Below are positions 40,773-49,904 of a stretch of DNA of 64,000 nt, in pieces (within the stretch, counting starts at the first letter, position 1; each line of letters opens with the position of its first letter). The stretch covers positions 32,001 to 96,000 of the IMG/VR virus record IMGVR_UViG_3300045115_000211, one strand, 5' to 3'. Origin of the DNA: a virus. A program made the translations under genes and the position numbers. The notes under the pieces are model-generated. The model did no database searches, was not told where the DNA came from, and was given only the letters and a program-made list of their open reading frames with translations.

Positions 40773-41951
40773 ATGCCGTTCGTCAAGGGATCCGAGCACC
40801 GCTTCGCCATGAGGGGAGCCGACAGGACGCCCACGTTCCCCGACCGCTGGTACAACACGAAGGACGGCATCGCGAGGTCGGCGAAGACGCTCGCCGGCCT
40901 GAACGCCCTATTCAGCGCCAGGCGCGACGCGGGATATTGCCGCAACGAGCGCCTCGCCGAGTTCGTGGTCCTCGGCATGTGGTACCTCGACACCTGCGGC
41001 AACGCCATGAAGGCGATGTCCGACGCCCGGGACTTCAACGTGACGCCCAGGAAGGCGTTCACAGACGCCGGCATGGCCATCCCCGACGCCATCGGGATGG
41101 ACGAGATGCACGCCGCCCTCAAGCCCCACTATGCCGAGGACAAGTACCCGCACATGTCGTTCGCGGCGGGGAGCGACCTTCCACAGGCCTATTTCCTGTG
41201 CGCTGGGTGCGGCCGCCCGTGGACCATCGCCGACTGCGACGACGCCGTGTGCGAGCGGGAGGAGGAGGTGGCGAAGGCCGAAGGCTGCGCCGGGATGACG
41301 CTCGGGGACTTCCGCAGGTCGTTCGATGGGCGCAACGACGCCTTGTTCGTGTTCCAGCCCGAACTCGCCGTCCGCAACGACCGCTTCATCGACCTGTCGC
41401 CGAAGTACCCCGGCACGGACAAGGATTGGGAGAAGGGCGTCCCCAAGAACGAGCACGGATGGAAGTCGGAGGGGGAACTCTCTGCCTCGATGGACGCGGG
41501 GGAAATCCACGCCCCGGCGTCATCCCAGCCGAACGTCGACACCTACGTCCTGCAGCCCGGCGACGAGGTCTTGGTCAACGTGTTCCGCTACAGCCACAGG
41601 GCATGCCTCCAGGCCAAGGTCGACCGGGCCGCCATGGCGGCGTTCGCCAAGGCGTTCGAGGACGCCGGCCTGCGGACGGGGATCGGGCTGGCGGAGGTCG
41701 AGAACGAGTACGGCTCCCGCTCGTACCGCGGGCCGTGGTACGTCGCCATGACCGAGATCGGCGAGGTCCGCGTCGGATGGCGCAAGCGGGTCATCGAGGT
41801 CGTCTTCCCCGACTGGGTCCCCGTCGGCACCCTGTTCGCCAAGGAGGACGTCACCAAGTCGGCACACCTGATCCACGCCTGGGGCTACGACAAGCTGGCC
41901 GAGTACCTCAAGGCGGCGAAGAAAGCGGCGAAGGAAGCGAGGAAGACATGA
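40773..41951 (+). CDS. hypothetical phage protein
   Basis: SD AGGAG; N.Y....PW...T..G...VGWRKRVI...EDVTK...IHAW. Confidence 0.7.
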   Translation: MPFVKGSEHRFAMRGADRTPTFPDRWYNTKDGIARSAKTLAGLNALFSARRDAGYCRNERLAEFVVLGMWYLDTCGNAMKAMSDARDFNVTPRKAFTDAGMAIPDAIGMDEMHAALKPHYAEDKYPHMSFAAGSDLPQAYFLCAGCGRPWTIADCDDAVCEREEEVAKAEGCAGMTLGDFRRSFDGRNDALFVFQPELAVRNDRFIDLSPKYPGTDKDWEKGVPKNEHGWKSEGELSASMDAGEIHAPASSQPNVDTYVLQPGDEVLVNVFRYSHRACLQAKVDRAAMAAFAKAFEDAGLRTGIGLAEVENEYGSRSYRGPWYVAMTEIGEVRVGWRKRVIEVVFPDWVPVGTLFAKEDVTKSAHLIHAWGYDKLAEYLKAAKKAAKEARKT

Positions 41952-42337
41952 GGAAGCAGGAGAAGTTCGTCCCATCCCTCAACGACCGCGGCTACAGGTT
42001 CCGCTGCCATGCCAAGGGCGCGCCTGGGGCGTCCGTCGTGTTCGACGTCAGGACCCACCCCCAGTGCTTCGGAACGGGCGACATCCCCGCCCGCTCGACC
42101 TGCCTCATCGATGGCAAGGGGCGGGAGGTCTTCGAGCACGACGTGCTTGAGCTCAGGTCGACAGTCACCGACATGCACAAGCGCAACGCGACGGGCGAGT
42201 ACGGCCCGATGCTGTTCCTCGTGGCGTGGCGCCACGGCGACCCCGTCCTGATCGACCAGGACGCTGTAGAATGGCTTATGGCAGGTAGGGTCGCTCGCCA
42301 CGGGCGAGCGTGGATTGAAACGATGGAAGGGGATTGA
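41948..42337 (+). pseudogene. YopX-like protein whose 3' end is replaced by the CRISPR mini-array
   Basis: YRFR...STCLIDGKGREVFEHDVL (YopX-like); ORF reads through the repeat (VARHGRAWIET). Confidence 0.6.
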
Positions 42338-42378
42338 CAAGGCGCGACTTCGCCCCGCAAACGGGGCGTATATTGGAC
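42290..42378 (+). CRISPR. mini-array: perfect repeat, 27-nt spacer, degenerate repeat (candidate cas-regulating crRNA-like RNA)
   Basis: GTCGCTCGCCACGGGCGAGCGTGGATTGAAAC (42290-42321); TTCGCCCCGCAAACGGGGCGTATATTGGAC (42349-42378) keeps a 7-bp stem. Confidence 0.85.
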
Positions 42379-42462
42379 GGGTCATGGACTGTGGCTACCA
42401 TGGGATTTCTCAATGCCACTTCTTGGGTCGTTGCGAAAAAAAAAAGATTCTATGGAAAGGGG

Positions 42463-42492
42463 TTGACTCCCGACCCATAGTTGTGAGATACT
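42463..42492 (+). promoter_or_regulatory. cas operon promoter
   Basis: TTGACT-18bp-GATACT with TG extension, A-tract UP-like element upstream. Confidence 0.75.
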
Positions 42493-42556
42493 GTTGCCAG
42501 TTGGACCAAGGTGGTTCAACGTGTCGTAGAAACGAAGGAAGAACAGGAGAGTGAGT

Positions 42557-43459
42557 ATGTCGCAGAAGTCGCAGAAGGTCGAGTTCGAGGTTAATGGAGT
42601 TCGCTATGTGGTGTTCGTCGATGCGCGGAGGTCCAACCCTAACGGGCAGGGACAGGGCGAGAACCAGCCCAGGCACTTCGACGACGGCACCGTGTGGGCC
42701 AGCGCAGAAAGCATCAAGCGCGGCATCAGGGACACGTGGATCGCAGAACTGGATGGCGTCCCCGGCTGCGACGTGTTCGTCTACCCCAGGCGCCCCATCG
42801 TGGAGGCCATCGCTGCGGCCCGTCCCGGACGCCAGCGGTTCGACGACGCCGGCGAGATGGCTGCGGCGGTACGCCAGAAGTACATCGACGCACGGGCGTT
42901 CGGTGTCGTCCTGGCAGACGGCAAGGCCGAGAGCGGCGACGATGACGATGGCGGCTCCAAGAAGAAGTCAAAGCAGCTTTCGATCGGGCTCAGGGGGCCA
43001 GTCGTCGTCACCGACGCCGACTCCGTCGAGCCCACGCCGATCGAGGAAATGGACATCTCTCGCTGCTGTCCCCACAAGGACGACAACGACAAGGACCACA
43101 ACCAGGGGAAGAAGTGGTTCGTCCGCTACGGCCGCCTGCGCTTCTGCGTCTATGTCGAGCCGCACATGGCTCGCCAGAGCGGGTTCAGCAAGGAAGACCT
43201 CGGGCGCCTGGAGGATGCCCTGAAGGACGTCTACAAGCACAGGCGCACCGCCAGCCGCCCCGACATGAGGACCGTGGCCGTCTACCGGCTGACCCCTCGC
43301 GAAGGCATGAAGCCCTCGTCGAGGGCGATGGACGAGATCACCGACCGCATCCAGTCCAAGCGGGTCGTCCCCGGAGACGTCCCGACCGAGGGGTGCTACT
43401 CCCTGCCCAACGCCGAGGAGTTCTGCACCGAGCAGGTTCTCGTCGAAAGGATCGACTGA
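42557..43459 (+). CDS. cas7: type I-C Cas7 (Csd2), divergent
   Basis: SNPNG...N.PR, IKR.IRD, YID.RAFG.V, RGPV, G.KW.V.YG, A...GFS.EDL. Confidence 0.85.
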   Translation: MSQKSQKVEFEVNGVRYVVFVDARRSNPNGQGQGENQPRHFDDGTVWASAESIKRGIRDTWIAELDGVPGCDVFVYPRRPIVEAIAAARPGRQRFDDAGEMAAAVRQKYIDARAFGVVLADGKAESGDDDDGGSKKKSKQLSIGLRGPVVVTDADSVEPTPIEEMDISRCCPHKDDNDKDHNQGKKWFVRYGRLRFCVYVEPHMARQSGFSKEDLGRLEDALKDVYKHRRTASRPDMRTVAVYRLTPREGMKPSSRAMDEITDRIQSKRVVPGDVPTEGCYSLPNAEEFCTEQVLVERID

Positions 43460-43466
43460 CCGACAC

Positions 43467-43503
43467 GATTGCCGCCTGTGGCTGCTTGCCACAGGCGGCA
43501 ATC
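43467..43503. terminator. perfect 16-bp inverted repeat between cas7 and cas5
   Basis: GATTGCCGCCTGTGGC-TGCTT-GCCACAGGCGGCAATC; no clear U-tract. Confidence 0.6.
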
Positions 43504-43520
43504 AACCAAGGGAGGCAACC

Positions 43521-44201
43521 ATGGCTACCAGCAGCAACGTCAGGGTCCTGGTCGGGATTCGCGGGCGCAGGGCCTGCTTCTCCAACCCGTCCGCCGGCAA
43601 GATCAACAAGTTCTCGTACCCGTTCATCACGGTGTCGGCGGCGCGAGGAGTGGTGGCGTCCGTGTTCCATCGCCCGCAGATGGACTGGGTGCCGACCCGC
43701 ATTGCGGTCATGAGGGCCGGACGGTCCGCCAACGTCGCCAGCAACGAAATCGACTTCGATCTGTCGTCGACCGATCCCGTCTTCGCCGACGAGGCAAGGA
43801 TGCAGGTCAGCGCGCGGATTCTCGTTGACGTCGACTACATCATCGAGGCCGAGCCGGTCGTGCTCTGCCCCGGAACCACCGATGACCCGAACACGCCGGA
43901 GAAGTATGCCGCACAGTTCAACCGCATCTTGGTGGACGGCAAGGGGCTGTACTACTCCACGCCGTGCCTTGGCCCGCGCCAGTACGTCGGGCGGCTCTAT
44001 CCCGTCGAGCGGTTCCCGGAGCGGGGGTGCGCGATCCCCGACCTGGAGGTCCGATCCATGTTGGTCGGCATCTCCAAGGGCGCCGACAGGCGCGACGGCG
44101 GACGGGACTATCCCGTTTTCGCCGACATCCGCCTCGTAGATGGGATCTTCTCCGCCCCGAGGTTCGTGTCGTCCATGTTCAACCCTGGAGAATCGGCATG
44201 A
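43521..44201 (+). CDS. cas5: type I-C Cas5 (Cas5d)
   Basis: G.RACFS.P, SYPFIT.SAARG, L.DVDY.IEA, KY...F.R, PCLG.R. Confidence 0.9.
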   Translation: MATSSNVRVLVGIRGRRACFSNPSAGKINKFSYPFITVSAARGVVASVFHRPQMDWVPTRIAVMRAGRSANVASNEIDFDLSSTDPVFADEARMQVSARILVDVDYIIEAEPVVLCPGTTDDPNTPEKYAAQFNRILVDGKGLYYSTPCLGPRQYVGRLYPVERFPERGCAIPDLEVRSMLVGISKGADRRDGGRDYPVFADIRLVDGIFSAPRFVSSMFNPGESA

Positions 44202-46030
44202 TTTCGATGAGCCCGGTCCAGGAGGTCATCGCCCTGTATGACGCGCTTTCGGCGGCTGGCCAGATGCCGCCCCTTTGTTGGGGGCAGGCGACGATCGGAA
44301 TGACGGTGAAGATCGACGATCATGGGGGCGTCAGGACCGCCATGCCGCTCGGCAATGACTGCTCGATGGTCGTCCCCATCCCGTTCGTGTCCAGGTCCTC
44401 TGGCCTGGCGCCGACATTCGGGACGGACAACGCCAAGTACCTCGTGGGCGAGGCATGGGAGGCGTGGCGCGAACACCACCTCGCCTTCTCCGACAAGGCC
44501 GCGTTCCCTCCCGCATTCGTCCACTTCCTCAAGAACGGGAAGACCCCGTTCGTCCCCACCAAGGAACCCAAGATCATCAGGCTCTCGGGTTCGGACTTGT
44601 CGGGGACGTTCGTCATCGAGTTGCCTGACGGCACCTACCTGCACGAACACGCCAGCGTCAAGTCGTTCTGGCAGCCGGACAACATCATCGATTGGGAGAA
44701 CCACGGCAGGCTGTCCCAGGGTCGAGACCCGATCCGCACCGTCGAGGGGTATTCATCGGTCGACGGCAAGTGGGGCAAGCTCGTCGAGTTCCACGCCGCG
44801 ATCGGGATGGTCGTACCCGAGGCCCAAGGCTCCGCCAAGCTGGGGGCGGTAAACACCAGTGGCGGGGGGTACTCTTCGTACGGAATGGACGGCGGCTTCA
44901 CTTCCCCCATGACCATCGACCAGACGTTCAAGTTGGCATCGACGATCAGGTTCCTTGGCAACAGGGACAAGGCCGCAGGAGACCGAACGTCGTGCAGGCC
45001 GATCGTCGCGCGGGGAAGGAAGATCAGCATCATGTCCGACAGGATGAAGGCCGTGAAGGCCCTCGTCCTGGGCTGGGGCGAGCCGACGGCGGTGTCGTGG
45101 ATGAACGAGGAGTTCGCCAAGGACGACGACTCCATGAGGAAGGCCATCGACGTCATCGATGGGATCATGTGCGGCAAGGCCGAGGTTCCTGGCGTGACGC
45201 AGGACGACCGGGTGTGCTTCATGGCGATGTCCGCCCCGACCAAGGGTCGGATAGCCATTGACGAGTTCTGGTCTGGGGACGCGCCGACCGTCGCCGTCAA
45301 GATGGCCAAGTGGCACGCCGCATCGATGACCACGGATCCCGACATGACCCGGCAGGTGCAGACGAGGTACCAGTTCGTGAAAAGCCTCGGGATTGGCCAC
45401 GACAAGGCGCTGAACGAGAGCGAGGCGCACGTCGTCAGGGGACTGTTCCAGTCCGCCATCGAAGGCGAGCAGATGCCGGTCGACATCGCATACCATGTCA
45501 GGAGGGCATGCCAGAGGGTTCTGGCCACAGGGGACGCATTTGTCCACGGGCGTTCGAGCCTGTACAGCCCACTGCGCACGCTCCGGGGCTGCATGGCTAG
45601 GGCGGGAGTGGGGTTCAATGAGGGAGGATACGAGATGATCGATAAGACCGCGGCATACCAGTTGGGCGTCCTGCTGATAGCGTTCGACGACGCCGTGCGG
45701 AGCGACGAGTGGAGGCGGACGAGGAAGTGGAGCCGCAGCAGCGTTAACGGCCTGCACTCGAACACGAAGAGCATCCTTCCGACGTGCCTGGCGAAGCCGT
45801 CGGCGGCGGTGGCCACAATGCGGCATAAGCATATGCAATACTACGCGCGGTATTGGCCGCAGGACGCCGTCAACATCAACGACGAGTGCTTCTCCGCTCT
45901 GCCCGCAACCCCTCTTTCGCAGCAGCAGCGGGACGAGTTCTTCGCCGGCACCGCACACGGCCTCGAACTGCGCTCCAGGAAGATCGCCGCCATCAAGGCG
46001 GCAAAGACCCAGAGGGAAGCGCGTGAATAG
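44198..46030 (+). CDS. cas8c: type I-C Cas8c (Csd1)
   Basis: RSSG.AP....DNAKY..G, AKL...N....SYG, GRIA...F, AY.LG. Confidence 0.85.
   Translation: MISMSPVQEVIALYDALSAAGQMPPLCWGQATIGMTVKIDDHGGVRTAMPLGNDCSMVVPIPFVSRSSGLAPTFGTDNAKYLVGEAWEAWREHHLAFSDKAAFPPAFVHFLKNGKTPFVPTKEPKIIRLSGSDLSGTFVIELPDGTYLHEHASVKSFWQPDNIIDWENHGRLSQGRDPIRTVEGYSSVDGKWGKLVEFHAAIGMVVPEAQGSAKLGAVNTSGGGYSSYGMDGGFTSPMTIDQTFKLASTIRFLGNRDKAAGDRTSCRPIVARGRKISIMSDRMKAVKALVLGWGEPTAVSWMNEEFAKDDDSMRKAIDVIDGIMCGKAEVPGVTQDDRVCFMAMSAPTKGRIAIDEFWSGDAPTVAVKMAKWHAASMTTDPDMTRQVQTRYQFVKSLGIGHDKALNESEAHVVRGLFQSAIEGEQMPVDIAYHVRRACQRVLATGDAFVHGRSSLYSPLRTLRGCMARAGVGFNEGGYEMIDKTAAYQLGVLLIAFDDAVRSDEWRRTRKWSRSSVNGLHSNTKSILPTCLAKPSAAVATMRHKHMQYYARYWPQDAVNINDECFSALPATPLSQQQRDEFFAGTAHGLELRSRKIAAIKAAKTQREARE
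45635..46030 (+). CDS. cas11: internally translated Cas11c small subunit
   Basis: in-frame ATG preceded by GGGAGGA SD, followed by MID...AYQLG, the position where I-C Cas11 is known to start. Confidence 0.75.
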   Translation: MIDKTAAYQLGVLLIAFDDAVRSDEWRRTRKWSRSSVNGLHSNTKSILPTCLAKPSAAVATMRHKHMQYYARYWPQDAVNINDECFSALPATPLSQQQRDEFFAGTAHGLELRSRKIAAIKAAKTQREARE

Positions 46031-48428
46031 GCGCGACAAGACCCGATACGTCGGGATGGTCGAGGGCCTCGGCCTCAACCCCTATTCCCGCCCCGCGCAT
46101 CTGGAAAACGGCTTGCTGGCCCCGCGGGAGCGGTGGGAGGTGATGCCGGAACACCTGGGCGCCGTCGCGGCCTTGGCCAAAGCGTTCGGAGACAAGATCG
46201 GTCTCGGAGACATATGCGAGGTGGCGGGAGGCGGGCACGACACGGGAAAGTTTGACCTCCAGATGCTTGGCAGGTTCCTTGGCCGCGTCGAGTCGTTCGA
46301 CCATCCCGCCCTCGGCGCCGCCCTGTTGGACGCCGCCACGGAAGGCATACTGACGCAGCCGATCCTAGGGCACCACCGCTACATCCCCGACGAGACGGAG
46401 GAGGACGCCTCGGAATGCGTGTCTGCAAGGCTGGAGAAGGCAGCCACCCATCGGCATTCCATCGAACTGATACCCTTTCTGGATCGCGCCGCCGAGGCAG
46501 CCAGGACGGCGAAGTCCGTCCTGAAGGCGGCGTTGCGGTCGGAATTCCCGAACGCCGCCGACCAGGAGCGCTTCTTCCCGATGTTCTTCTTCGCGATGCA
46601 GAAGTTCATCAACTCGGCCCTCGTCGATGCGGACTGCCTGTCAGCCGAGAGGTTCCACAAGGGTCACGGACGCCGGAACAGGTTCCCCCCGATGTCCGTC
46701 CTCCTGGATCGACTCGTGAGGTTCCAGGCCCGGGTTGCCGCCGCAGGAGCGGCGACGGCGGAGCCTTGGCTTGTTGAAATGCGCAACGACGTGTGGGCGT
46801 CCGCGATCTCCGCCGCCCGGCTGGAAGCCTCGTTGTACTTCCTGACCGCCCCGACGGGAAGCGCCAAGACGCTGGCCTACGTCGTGCTTGCGATGATGAA
46901 GGCCGTCAGCTTGGGCCTCGACAGGGTGATCATCGTGCTGCCCTATTGCGCGGTCACGTCCCAGGTCAGCGACGTCCTTCGGGCCGCCATCGGCAGGGGC
47001 AATGTGATAGAGCACCACACGGGCTACGACCCCAAGGAACGAGTCAAGTCTTTCCGCTCGTACCGCCAGATACTGGCGAACACCCCAAGGAACACATCGG
47101 CGTTGCACAAGGAGTCCTCCAGCCTGCAGGAGGAGATGAGGCAGACTTTCGAGAACTGGGACGCCCCCGTGATCGTCACCACGCGCGAGCAGTTCGACGA
47201 GTCCTTCTTCTGCCGGCTCCCAGGGCGCAGCCGCAAGGTCCACAACATGGCCAGGAGCGCCATCGTGTTCGACGAGATCCAGGCCGGCAACAGGGACCTG
47301 ACCATACCGTTCGTCGGGATGCTGCACGTCCTGCGGTCGCTGTACCGCTCGGTCGTCATCTGCTCCACGGCCACCCAGCCGTCCTATCACAAGTCTGACG
47401 ACAGGCAGTGGGGACTGGAAGGAGGGGTCGATGTCGTCGCCAGGCATCGCGAGTATTTCGCCATCGCTTCTCGACGCACCAGCATGACCAGGATAGGCAG
47501 GAAGTCATCCCGAGAAGTGGCCGAGATGGTCGCCGAGCACCGCCAGGTCATGTGCGTCCTGAACACGCGCCTCAACGCCGTTCTCGTCTCGACACAACTG
47601 GAGAGGATGGGGGTTCCACACATCCTGCTGTACTCCTTGCGCTGCAAGCGCGAGCGCAACCGGGTGGTTCGCCTGGTGGCGAGGTGCCTGGCAGCAGGCA
47701 TCCCCATCAGGCTGGTCACCACCCAGGCGGTCGAGGCGGGGACTGACTTCGACTTCCCGGTCGGGTATTCCGAGGACGCCCCGTTGGACTCCCTCGACCA
47801 GCGCCGCGGTCGAGTCAACCGGCACGGAAGGCGTGGGACGAGCCAGTTCTACGTGTTCACCCTGTGTGACGGCAACAGCAACCCCTCGTACGTAGCGGGC
47901 TTGGCCTCCACCGAGACCGTCCTCTCATCGACGGGGGACTTCAACGTCGTCGACGTCGGGACGATGGACGCCTACTACGCCAGGATGTTGAGGAGCGAGA
48001 AGCCGCTCGACAAGCACAGGATCGTCCCCGACAGGCACATGTCGATGTCCGGGCGCGGCGGTCTTTTCAGGTCGAAGTCGAAGTATCCTCCGACCGCCGG
48101 GGCCAATGTCTACAGGACGAGGTTCGCCTCGTACGACGAGTTCAAGTACATCGGCGGAAAGTGCAGCGTCGTGATCCCTACCAACGCCGAGTGCAGGCGG
48201 GCGATAGCCGACATGGATGCCGCCATGGCATCGGGAAAGAAGCCCGCTCGAAAGACGTTGGCCACCTTGAGCGGATACGTCGTCAGCATCTATGAGAACG
48301 AACTGGATGATCTCGCCCGTAAGACCATCTTGGAGAACCACAATGGGTTCTTCGTCCTGCGCGATGTGGCTGGCTTCTATAATGCCAAGAGGGGTCTGCT
48401 GATCGCTGGGATGGATGGAGTGGATTGA
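46023..48428 (+). CDS. cas3: Cas3 HD nuclease-helicase
   Basis: EHL, HDTGK, DH, GHH, LVDAD; APTGSAKT, ENWDAP, DEIQ, STATQP, TQ.VEAG.D.DF, Q.RGRVNR.G. Confidence 0.93.
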   Translation: MNRRDKTRYVGMVEGLGLNPYSRPAHLENGLLAPRERWEVMPEHLGAVAALAKAFGDKIGLGDICEVAGGGHDTGKFDLQMLGRFLGRVESFDHPALGAALLDAATEGILTQPILGHHRYIPDETEEDASECVSARLEKAATHRHSIELIPFLDRAAEAARTAKSVLKAALRSEFPNAADQERFFPMFFFAMQKFINSALVDADCLSAERFHKGHGRRNRFPPMSVLLDRLVRFQARVAAAGAATAEPWLVEMRNDVWASAISAARLEASLYFLTAPTGSAKTLAYVVLAMMKAVSLGLDRVIIVLPYCAVTSQVSDVLRAAIGRGNVIEHHTGYDPKERVKSFRSYRQILANTPRNTSALHKESSSLQEEMRQTFENWDAPVIVTTREQFDESFFCRLPGRSRKVHNMARSAIVFDEIQAGNRDLTIPFVGMLHVLRSLYRSVVICSTATQPSYHKSDDRQWGLEGGVDVVARHREYFAIASRRTSMTRIGRKSSREVAEMVAEHRQVMCVLNTRLNAVLVSTQLERMGVPHILLYSLRCKRERNRVVRLVARCLAAGIPIRLVTTQAVEAGTDFDFPVGYSEDAPLDSLDQRRGRVNRHGRRGTSQFYVFTLCDGNSNPSYVAGLASTETVLSSTGDFNVVDVGTMDAYYARMLRSEKPLDKHRIVPDRHMSMSGRGGLFRSKSKYPPTAGANVYRTRFASYDEFKYIGGKCSVVIPTNAECRRAIADMDAAMASGKKPARKTLATLSGYVVSIYENELDDLARKTILENHNGFFVLRDVAGFYNAKRGLLIAGMDGVD

Positions 48429-48465
48429 AATTGGACGAGCCGTCTGCCGGATGAGGACAGAGCAA

Positions 48466-49872
48466 GTCGCTCGCCACGGGCGAGCGTGGATTGAAACGAC
48501 TCCACCCGTCGGGATCAATGGCGGACAGAGGTCGCTCGCCACAAGCGAGCGTGGATTGAAACCCCGACTCGTTCCTGCTGCCCGAGTTCGACGAGTCGCT
48601 CGTCACAGGCGAGCGTGGATTGAAACTGTTCGGGCTTTTGCGACCAAGCCTGATAGCGCTTGTCGCTCGCCACAGGCGAGCGTGGATTGAAACAGGTTGT
48701 TGCCGAGCGCCGCGAGCCGCAACACGAGTCGCTCGCCACAAGCGAGCGTGGATTGAAACGACTCTCGCCGCCGGCATCAATGAAGGTCATGGTCGCTCGC
48801 CACAGGCGAGCGTGGATTGAAATGCGCGCTCGCCGTACGCCTGCCCAAGCTCAGGGGCGTCGCTCGCCACATGCGAGCGTGGATTGAAATGGGTCTTCGG
48901 GCAGGCACAGACCCTGTAGGTATGTCGCTCGCCACAGGCGAGCGTGGATTGAAATAGCGCCTGCTTGGCGGCGATGTAGGCGTCCAGTTGTCGCTCGCCA
49001 CAGGCGAGCGTGGATTGAAATGAGAGCGAACGCCGCGGACATCGCGGCACGACGGGTCGCTCGCCACAGGCGAGCGTGGATTGAAATATCTGGGTTCGGT
49101 CCCTGTCGCCGATGACGCGACGTCGCTCGCCACAGGCGAGCGTGGATTGAAACCTCCCGTACCCGCCGGGCATGCTCAGGTGCTACGGTCGCTCGCCACA
49201 GGCGAGCGTGGATTGAAACGACCGTGAGGGCCTGCCCCAATGTATGTGGCGGTCGCTCGCCACAGGCGAGCGTGGATTGAAACGCGTACGTGCAACTCGT
49301 ACGAAAGCTGGCCAACGGTCGCTCGCCACAGGCGAGCGTGGATTGAAACCTTCACTTGCCCCCGTCTCGCCGCTCGGCGTGTCGCTCGCCACAGGCGAGC
49401 GTGGATTGAAACGCCCTGCATGCCGTCAGGGCCGAGGCGGTGAAGATCGCTCGCCACAGGCGGGCGTGGATTGAAACGTGACGAACGGGGAGACAACGGT
49501 CGACCCTCTGCGTCGCTCGCCACAGGCGAGCGTGGATTGAAACGCCTCCAAAGCGCCGCGCCACGGCCGCCATGGAGTCGCTCGCCACAGGCGGGCGTGG
49601 ATTGAAATATGATGTTCGAACTGGACTGCCCGATCCCGTCTGGTCGCTCGCTACAAGCGAGCGTGGATTGAAACATGTCGAGTCCCTCCTGATACGCGCC
49701 CACCATGGAGTCGCTCGCCACTGGCGAGCGTGGCATTGAAACAAGGTCCGCAGGATATCGATGTGGCCCGACGAGGTCGCTCGCCACAGGCGAGCGTGGT
49801 ATTGAAACCGCAAGCCCCGCTGATCGACATCACCTGCCCGGTCGCTCGCCACAGGCGAGCGTGGATTGAAAC
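48466..49872 (+). CRISPR. type I-C CRISPR array, 22 repeats / 21 spacers (31-35 nt), plus a degenerate repeat at 48400-48431 and a 34-nt spacer before it
   Basis: consensus GTCGCTCGCCACAGGCGAGCGTGGATTGAAAY, 32 bp. Confidence 0.98.
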
Positions 49873-49904
49873 GAGGATTGAACACAAACAAACCCTCTTT
49901 GCCG

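Noticed and set aside
42334-42374. TTGACA...TATATT as a promoter inside the mini-array
   Set aside because: Spacing is 29 bp, not 16-18
48498-49840. Full-length self-targeting spacers
   Set aside because: None found by eye within the window; only 10-13 nt partial matches (e.g. spacer 20 versus ~31656)
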